64,000 nucleotides of DNA from the NCBI GenBank assembly GCA_051252135.1, contig JBPOGH010000004.1:96001-160000 (forward strand), read 5' to 3'. The notes under the pieces are model-generated. The model was not told the origin of the DNA, searched no databases, and saw only the letters and a program-made list of their open reading frames with translations. This stretch comes from Verrucomicrobiaceae bacterium (lineage in GTDB: Bacteria; Verrucomicrobiota; Verrucomicrobiia; Verrucomicrobiales; Akkermansiaceae). This document shows, one piece after another, positions 57,686 to 64,000 of this stretch; within the stretch, counting starts at the first letter, position 1; the number at the start of each line of letters is the position of its first letter. A program made the translations under genes and the position numbers.

Positions 57686-59656
57686 TTAGGCGTAGGAGCG
57701 GATGGATGGTTGGACTTCTTCGAAGATGAGGTCTTCTTTGTGAAGGATGGGAGGTTGGCCGGGGGCGGTGTGTTCCCAGGCGGCGACGTATTTGAATTGG
57801 TCGTCGTGGCGTTTGGCTTCGCCGGGTTGGGTTTTACCGGACTGGACTTCGGGGTCGGAGTCGAAGAACTGGTGCTCGGAACGGAAGTGTCCGCCGCAGG
57901 ATTCTTCGCGGTTGAGGGCGTCGTGGCAGAGGACTTCGGCGAACTCGAGGAAGTCGGCGACGCGGCCGGCTTTTTCGAGTTCCTGGTTGAGTCCGTTGGC
58001 GGAGCCGGGGATGCGGAGGTTGGTCCAGAATTCGTCGCGGATTTTCGGGATGCGTTCGAGGGCTTCTTCGAGGCCGGCCTTGTCACGGGCCATGCCGCAC
58101 TTGTCCCAGACGAGGAGTCCGAGTTCGCGGTGGAAGGAGTCGACGGAGCGGTTGCCCTTGATTTCCATGAGGGATTTGAGGCGATCGCGGACTTCGTTCT
58201 CGACCTTTTTAAACTCGGGGTGGTCGGTGGTGACGGCTCCGGCTTTTTGGGTGGAGAGGTAGACGGCGATGGTGGAGGGGATGACGAAGTAGCCATCGGC
58301 AAGGCCCTGCATGAGGGCGGAGGCGCCGAGGCGGTTGGCTCCGTGATCCGAGAAGTTGGCCTCGCCGAGGACGTGGAGTCCGGGGAGGTTGGACATGAGG
58401 TTGTAGTCCACCCAGAGGCCGCCCATGGTGTAGTGGACGGCAGGGTAAATCTGCATGGGCGATTGGTAGGGGTTATCGCCGGAGATTTTTTCGTACATCT
58501 GGAAGAGGTTGCCGTAGCGGGCGCGGATGGCGTCCTCGCCGTCGCGTTTGATGGCGTCCTTGAAGTCGAGGTAGACGCCGAGTCCGGAGGTGGCGACGCC
58601 CCGGCCGTCATCACAGGCTTCCTTGGCGGCGCGGGAGGCGATGTCCCGGGGGCAGAGGTTACCGAAGGAGGGGTATTTGCGCTCGAGGTAGTAGTCGCGG
58701 TTTTCCTCAGGGATATCGGTGGCGGTTTTGCGTCCTTCGCGGATGGCGGCGGCGTCTTCTTTTGATTTGGGAACCCAGATACGTCCGTCATTTCGGAGGG
58801 ATTCCGACATGAGGGTGAGCTTGGATTGGTAGTCTCCGCTGACGGGGATGCAGGTGGGGTGGATCTGGGTGTAGCAGGGGTTTGCCATGTAGGCTCCGCG
58901 CTTGTGGGCGCGGAAGGCGGCCATGACGTTACAACCCATGGCGTTGGTGGAGAGGTAGAAGACGTTTCCGTATCCGCCGGTGGCGAGGATGACGGCGTCA
59001 GCGGCGTGGGACTGGATTTCTCCGGTGACGAGGTTGCGGACGATGATGCCTTTGGCGTGGCCGTCGACGACGACGAGATCGAGCATTTCGGTGCGGGTGT
59101 GCATTTTGACACCGCCTTTTGCAACTTCCTTGGAGAGGGCCTGGTAGCAGCCGATGAGGAGTTGTTGTCCGGTCTGGCCGCGTGCGTAGAAGGTGCGCTT
59201 GACCTGGGCACCGCCGAAGGAGCGGTTGTCGAGGAGGCCACCGTATTCGCGGGCGAAGGGGACGCCCTGGGCGACGCATTGGTCGATGATCTCGGTGGAG
59301 ACCTCGGCGAGGCGGTGGACATTGGCTTCGCGGGAGCGGAAGTCGCCTCCTTTGATGGTGTCGTAGAAGAGGCGGAAGATGGAGTCGCCGTCGTTTTGGT
59401 AGTTTTTGGCGGCGTTGATGCCTCCTTGGGCGGCGATGGAGTGGGCGCGGCGGGCGGAGTCCTGGTAGCAGAAGCAATCGACCTGGTAACCGAGTTCGGA
59501 AAGGGTGGCGGCAGCGGAACCCCCGGCGAGGCCGGAGCCGACGACGATGATTTTATATTTCCGTTTGTTGGCAGGGTTGATGAGCTTGGAGTCCATCTTA
59601 TGGGACGTCCATTTGTCAGCGAGCGGGCCTGCGGGGACTTTGGAATCGAGTGACAT
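57686..59656 (-). CDS. sdhA: Succinate dehydrogenase/fumarate reductase flavoprotein subunit
   Basis: [20 protein letters not shown] (FAD-binding His), [31 protein letters not shown]. Confidence 0.97.
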   Translation of the reverse strand: MSLDSKVPAGPLADKWTSHKMDSKLINPANKRKYKIIVVGSGLAGGSAAATLSELGYQVDCFCYQDSARRAHSIAAQGGINAAKNYQNDGDSIFRLFYDTIKGGDFRSREANVHRLAEVSTEIIDQCVAQGVPFAREYGGLLDNRSFGGAQVKRTFYARGQTGQQLLIGCYQALSKEVAKGGVKMHTRTEMLDLVVVDGHAKGIIVRNLVTGEIQSHAADAVILATGGYGNVFYLSTNAMGCNVMAAFRAHKRGAYMANPCYTQIHPTCIPVSGDYQSKLTLMSESLRNDGRIWVPKSKEDAAAIREGRKTATDIPEENRDYYLERKYPSFGNLCPRDIASRAAKEACDDGRGVATSGLGVYLDFKDAIKRDGEDAIRARYGNLFQMYEKISGDNPYQSPMQIYPAVHYTMGGLWVDYNLMSNLPGLHVLGEANFSDHGANRLGASALMQGLADGYFVIPSTIAVYLSTQKAGAVTTDHPEFKKVENEVRDRLKSLMEIKGNRSVDSFHRELGLLVWDKCGMARDKAGLEEALERIPKIRDEFWTNLRIPGSANGLNQELEKAGRVADFLEFAEVLCHDALNREESCGGHFRSEHQFFDSDPEVQSGKTQPGEAKRHDDQFKYVAAWEHTAPGQPPILHKEDLIFEEVQPSIRSYA

Positions 59657-59677
59657 GACTAAAGTGGGGAAAGGTGT

Positions 59678-60391
59678 TTATTGACCGAAGCCGAAGAGCC
59701 AGATGGCAAGAGGGATGGAGATGAAGCCCAGGTAGATGACGATGGCGTAGGCTTTGGCGAGGGCCTTGATGGGCCCGGCGGTTTTTTTGGAGCGAAGGCC
59801 CAGGGTTTGGAAGATGGAAGCGACTCCGTGGCTCAGGTGGGAGCAGAGAAGAGTCATTGCCACTATATAGAAGAGGGAGACGAGTGGGTTTTGGAAGCCG
59901 ACGATGACCATTTTCCACGCATCGTGCCGTTCTTCTCCTGTAGCGGCGAGGTAGTCCTGATCAATCATTGCCGCGAAATCGGCATCCACCTTTACGGTAA
60001 AATGGAGGAGGTGGAAGATGACAAAAGCGAGGATGGTGAGTCCGGACCAGATCATAATGAGTGATGATTTGGGAGCCTGGACGGTGGCATCGTGCTCGTA
60101 TTTGGTTCGGGCGGCCTTGTTTTCCCTGGTGAGGAGAATGGTGAACCAGATATGTCCTACGAAGCAGACCAGCAGGCCTATGCGTGCAACCCAGACACCG
60201 GCGCCGTGGAGGGCTTCGTGGAGGAATTGGGCGTAGTCGTTAAAGGCTTCCTGACCTGCATATATCAGGAGGTTTCCAGTCAAGTGACCGGCGAGAAAGA
60301 GGACGAGAGCGAGGCCGGTGATGGCGACGATCCATTTACGACCGATGGATGATTTGGCAAAAGCGCAGAGGGAGCAAGTTGATGAGCTCAT
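59678..60391 (-). CDS. sdhC: Succinate dehydrogenase cytochrome b subunit (b558 type)
   Basis: SSIGRK...A.TGL....FL..HL.GNL; five TM segments with heme His (H..GN, HI, FHL.HF, HL.HG..S.FQTLG). Confidence 0.93.
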   Translation of the reverse strand: MSSSTCSLCAFAKSSIGRKWIVAITGLALVLFLAGHLTGNLLIYAGQEAFNDYAQFLHEALHGAGVWVARIGLLVCFVGHIWFTILLTRENKAARTKYEHDATVQAPKSSLIMIWSGLTILAFVIFHLLHFTVKVDADFAAMIDQDYLAATGEERHDAWKMVIVGFQNPLVSLFYIVAMTLLCSHLSHGVASIFQTLGLRSKKTAGPIKALAKAYAIVIYLGFISIPLAIWLFGFGQ

Positions 60392-60550
60392 AGCGAGAGG
60401 TGTATGTCCAAGTGATGGACAGGGACAAACTAGTTAGAGAATGGTGGTTTTCAAGAGTGGATCTCCCCGAATTGCCAGAGGGGGGAGGATTAGTGAAAAA
60501 CAGGTGGAATTTAGCTGCAAAAAATTAGTTAAGAAATGTTAAGAAAGCTA

Positions 60551-60580
60551 TTGACCTTAATCATCAAGGATGGTTAACTA
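60551..60580 (+). promoter_or_regulatory. Putative sigma70 promoter of PEP-CTERM gene
   Basis: TTGACC-N17/18-T(T)AACT(A), preceded by the direct repeat GTTAAGAAA x2. Confidence 0.45.
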
Positions 60581-60588
60581 TCTGCGAC

Positions 60589-61260
60589 ATGAAATTGACA
60601 TCCGCACTTCTCTTCCTGGTCCTGCCCGCAGGATCAGCGTTTGGGCAAATCTTTAACATCGATCTGAATACCTCGCAGCGTGGTTGGGTTGATGATGCCG
60701 GTCTTAGTGATGCAAACAACGGAAACTACATTGCTGGTTCCATTGGTGGCACGGAGTATCGGAACTACTTCACCTTTGACCTGAGTGGTTTGGTGGGAAC
60801 GGTTCAGTCGGCAACGCTTACTCTTGATTTGCCGCAGAACGGATTCTCTTCACCTACGGGATCGGAAGCGTTTGGGCTTTCCGGTGCGTCGGCAATTAGC
60901 GGCAACATTTCCAACGGCGCGAGTGTCTTTGATGACCTCGGTGACGGACCTCTTTATGGTGTCTCCCTGATCGACTCAAGTTCCCAGGGCGGAACGGTTT
61001 CCATAACGCTGAACAGCGACTTCCTTGCTGCGGCAAACTCAGGAGCCTCAACGCTTACGATTGGTGGATCACTCCTTTCACTTGGGAATGATCCTAACAT
61101 CAGCGAGTATGCCTTTGCGTTCTCTGACGCGAATCAGGCCAATACTCCGGTAACTCTTTCCATGGTCGTGGATGTATCGGGTGCTGCGGTTCCCGAGCCT
61201 TCCTCCACCATTCTTGTCGGCCTTGCTGCCGGCCTTGGCCTCATCCGACGTCGTCGGTAG
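60589..61260 (+). CDS. PEP-CTERM sorting domain surface protein
   Basis: Signal peptide; RNYFTFDLS....V.SATL.L; C-terminal VPEPSSTILVGLAAGLGLIRRRR. Confidence 0.92.
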   Translation: MKLTSALLFLVLPAGSAFGQIFNIDLNTSQRGWVDDAGLSDANNGNYIAGSIGGTEYRNYFTFDLSGLVGTVQSATLTLDLPQNGFSSPTGSEAFGLSGASAISGNISNGASVFDDLGDGPLYGVSLIDSSSQGGTVSITLNSDFLAAANSGASTLTIGGSLLSLGNDPNISEYAFAFSDANQANTPVTLSMVVDVSGAAVPEPSSTILVGLAAGLGLIRRRR

Positions 61261-61299
61261 GTCTTTTATTATATTTCATTGGATTTAGGGTGTTCTAGG

Positions 61300-61329
61300 A
61301 GCCCCGTGACTTCGGTCACGGGGTTTTCT
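61300..61329 (+). terminator. Rho-independent terminator
   Basis: GCCCCGTGAC-TTCG-GTCACGGGGT followed by TTTCT. Confidence 0.85.
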
Positions 61330-61800
61330 ACGTATCGGCATTACGTTCAGGGTAGAGGGTGCCGGGAAGGTCGGGTTCCCGGTGTGGTGGGGGTAGGAGG
61401 GGCAGACCGGGTCATTGGATGATGAATGGATCATGAGCTCGTCCGGGATTCTGTCCGGTGGTGGAAATGGGGATTGATGGCCATTGGCCTAGGCGAGATT
61501 TGGGGTCAGATGGGACAAGGGTCCGTGTGGTGGGTGGATTGATTTGAATGCCGTGCGGGAATCCGGGGAGCTTGTGCCCGGGACTCGGGTGGAAATTGGG
61601 ATGGGGGTGGTGTGGTCAGTCTGGAATTGGGGAGAGTTTGGGCATCAGAAACTGATAATGAGACCCTGTTGAGGCCAAAAATCACGGGCAATTTTTACGA
61701 TGAGGAGTGGGAAATGAGGAGAAGTGGGTGCGTAAAACCCCTTATTCTACGGGTTTTTAAAAACTTAATGTAAACATTTCCTGATTTTTTAAAAAACCAC

Positions 61801-61829
61801 TTGACCCACTTTTCTTAATAACTTATAAA
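61801..61829 (+). promoter_or_regulatory. Putative sigma70 promoter
   Basis: TTGACC-N17-TATAAA, 27 nt upstream of ATG 61857. Confidence 0.65.
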
Positions 61830-61856
61830 ACCTACCGATTCAGCTACCTTTATAGC

Positions 61857-62819
61857 ATGAAAAAACGAAACGTATCCGGAATAAAAATAACGCTGTTCTG
61901 TGCTCTGATGGGCATTGGAACGAGCTCCGGTTTGATTGTTGCGGGCTCCAATGGAGCCGGTAACGCAAATCGCACTGAGGAGTCCCTCCTCTCGCAGCAC
62001 CCCGAGTTCCAGTATTGGAACAATGTGGTGTCTGTTGGGAATGGAACGGGAATCTACCTCGGAAAGGGTGCTGGCGACGACACAGGTTATGTGTTGACGG
62101 CCAAGCACGTCATGGTCCCAAGTTCGGGGTCGATCTCGGTCTCGGGAACCTCCTACTCGATCGTGGATAACAACTCGATTGGAACGGCTGATCTTCGTGT
62201 ATACGAAATTAGCGGAGAAACGATGCCGAACCTACCCCGCGTCAGCTTTGCGACTGCAGACCCCGTGTATAACGAGAGTCTCATTATGCTTGGACATGGC
62301 AGCAGGGTTCAGGGAACAGCAAACGATCCCAATGTCAGTGACCTGGTCAATGTCAGCGGGTATGATGTTTATCAGTGGGGATCACCTGGCACATTGAGCT
62401 GGGGTGAGAACCAGGCGGTTCCTTTCTTCGGAAGCGGAGATCCAGTGATGGCCTACACCAACAGTCTTGGGAATTACGAAGAAGATTTCTTCGCGTCGTT
62501 TGATGATCCCGGCACAGGAAACTACACCTCTTCATGGGAAGCCATGGCATCGGGTGGTGATTCCGGTGGTCCGGTGTTCGCTTATCGTGACGGTCAGTAT
62601 GAACTGGCTGGCGTGATCTCGACCGTATTGAAGCGAGGCGGACAGCCCAACCAGACTGCGGCCTTTGGAAACAAGACTGCGATCGTTAACATCGCCGAGT
62701 ATTCGGCAAGCCTTCCAGAACTGGAAGATGCTGTGGCAGCACCGGAACCCGGCAGTTCGCTGTTGGTGATCCTGGGTCTGATGCAGTGTGCGATGGTCCG
62801 CCGTCGCGCCCGAACCTAG
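61857..62819 (+). CDS. Trypsin-like serine protease with PEP-CTERM sorting signal
   Basis: VLTAKHV (His), ADLRV (Asp), GDSGGPVF (Ser); C-terminal APEPGSSLLVILGL..VRRRAR. Confidence 0.9.
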   Translation: MKKRNVSGIKITLFCALMGIGTSSGLIVAGSNGAGNANRTEESLLSQHPEFQYWNNVVSVGNGTGIYLGKGAGDDTGYVLTAKHVMVPSSGSISVSGTSYSIVDNNSIGTADLRVYEISGETMPNLPRVSFATADPVYNESLIMLGHGSRVQGTANDPNVSDLVNVSGYDVYQWGSPGTLSWGENQAVPFFGSGDPVMAYTNSLGNYEEDFFASFDDPGTGNYTSSWEAMASGGDSGGPVFAYRDGQYELAGVISTVLKRGGQPNQTAAFGNKTAIVNIAEYSASLPELEDAVAAPEPGSSLLVILGLMQCAMVRRRART

Positions 62820-62825
62820 TCACAA

Positions 62826-64000
62826 TTATTCAACCGGATAGATACGTGATAGCGAAGGAAGGCCGCTGGCTTTAAACTGCTGATCGACGCTATCCGCGAG
62901 ATTCTGATCCAGATATATCCGATAAGGAGTATCATCAGTTTCAATCTCGTGGAGACCGTTGGTCGGAGTTTGGGCCAGGGCTTTTTCCAATTCGGGAAGT
63001 CCGGCGACGGGTTTTCCATTTATCGATTTCACGATCTGGTTTGATATCCGCTCGTAGCCAATAGTGGCTTGGGTCGGGATGACTCTGGTTAGGACGACAA
63101 TTCTCCGACGACCTTCCTCGTAGTCGTCCGGATGACTGAGAACATCGAGGAGATTGAGTGGAGCACGACTGGTCCAGTCCTTACCGAAGGCCTGGAGGTA
63201 GGGTTTTGAGAGCTCCTGAAAGACGAGGCCGCCCTTGATTAGAAAGGGGGGAGCCTGGTCGAACAAATGAGTGGGGACCAAGCGGTCAGAGGATTTTTTG
63301 AGGGTGAATTCCAGATTGAGGATTTCGCCATCGCGCAGGACTTCCGCGCTTATTTTTTCGCCTACCTGGTGTGCGCCGCGGACGAGATGGGTCCAGAAGA
63401 GGGGGCCGTAGTCGGGGTGTTGATAGTAGCCTTTACGATCAATGGGGAATCCGGCAAGGGAGAGAAGAACGTCTCCGACCTTCATTCCGGCGGACTCGGC
63501 GGAACCTCCGGGAACAATCTGATTGAGATAGAGGCCTCCCTGGTCGGCGGGAATTTTCAACCAATCGCGGAAATGAGGGTCTTCAGTGGTGCTGTATCCG
63601 GCACCGAGGCTGGGGAATCCGAAGTAGTCTCCGTCATTTGCGTCATCAAGGAAGGCTTTGATGATATCAATGGAGATGATGTCACAGATTTGGTCCTTGG
63701 AGTTATAGCTGGTGAGGAGGCCGGCAATTGCGTCACCCCGGAAGGCGGGAAGAGTGTAGGAATTGCTTTCGGTTTGCATGGAAGCCTTGAGCTCGTAGCA
63801 GAGGAAGTAGCGACCGCCGACGAAGGTGCTGAGGAGCTCCATGCTTCTGATGGTGCCGAGGGTGCGTTGGCTGTTGCCATTGTCCTCGAGTTGGATGATT
63901 TCGAGTTCATCGCCGGGTTTGTTGGCGGGGCCGGGGCGGATGGCTTGAAGTTGGGCCAGGAATCCGGGGTCCTGTTGGGGGACGAGGAGGGCGAGGTTGG
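62826..64000 (-). CDS. Deg/HtrA-like protease-PDZ protein with degenerate active site; 5' end outside window
   Basis: Frame is open to the window edge (NLALLVPQQDPG...). PDZ (PGGSA..AG.K.GDVLL...G..I) and a second Deg2/9-type PDZ (PP.LI.GGLVFQELS.PYL..FG.DW). Confidence 0.8.
   Translation of the reverse strand, partial: NLALLVPQQDPGFLAQLQAIRPGPANKPGDELEIIQLEDNGNSQRTLGTIRSMELLSTFVGGRYFLCYELKASMQTESNSYTLPAFRGDAIAGLLTSYNSKDQICDIISIDIIKAFLDDANDGDYFGFPSLGAGYSTTEDPHFRDWLKIPADQGGLYLNQIVPGGSAESAGMKVGDVLLSLAGFPIDRKGYYQHPDYGPLFWTHLVRGAHQVGEKISAEVLRDGEILNLEFTLKKSSDRLVPTHLFDQAPPFLIKGGLVFQELSKPYLQAFGKDWTSRAPLNLLDVLSHPDDYEEGRRRIVVLTRVIPTQATIGYERISNQIVKSINGKPVAGLPELEKALAQTPTNGLHEIETDDTPYRIYLDQNLADSVDQQFKASGLPSLSRIYPVE

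Noticed and set aside
61291..61304. LexA box at TGTTC downstream of a PEP-CTERM gene (also TGTTC near 21434)
   Set aside because: Only one half-site with no GAACA-like partner at N4 spacing.
61330..61740. Possible gene in the gap between the two PEP-CTERM genes (61-aa ORF 61506..61691)
   Set aside because: Short, no motif or convincing start; treated as intergenic.

Overview
This window is bacterial chromosomal DNA of high GC content. The gene set points to Verrucomicrobiota, probably Verrucomicrobiales (inference): three PEP-CTERM proteins, a CotH/lamin-tail giant protein, DUF1080, a dcw cluster with LysM between murD and ftsW, and TGTTC-type LexA half-sites. Most of it is housekeeping: ECF sigma (partial), mscL, gpmI, galK, mraZ-rsmH-ftsL-ftsI-murE-murF-mraY-murD-lysM-ftsW, holB, obgE, bioF, lexA, a Fur-family regulator, menC/menE-like genes, PhoH2, leuB, a tricorn-like protease and sdhCAB. 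I found no rRNA, tRNA, CRISPR array, integrase or transposase. The best hidden signal is at 47926-48264 on the minus strand. The ORF track stops there at an in-frame TGA (48115-48117), but the frame continues cleanly into a complete exported heavy-metal-associated (HMA) domain. The TGA sits at the first metal-binding Cys position (GLK-U-AAGC) and is followed by a hairpin resembling a bacterial SECIS, so this is a candidate selenoprotein metal chaperone. Other notable items: a 199-bp TA-flanked ERIC-like MITE next to that gene; a BrxR/CapW-type WYL regulator divergent from a stand-alone vWA gene; two related G-rich tandem arrays; an intergenic three-way-junction RNA candidate; a minimal RNase III-like gene behind PhoH2; a probably catalytically dead Deg/HtrA homologue; and several readable operators (LexA, MraZ, ArsR, LysR). 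All calls are by eye from motifs; no database searches were run.
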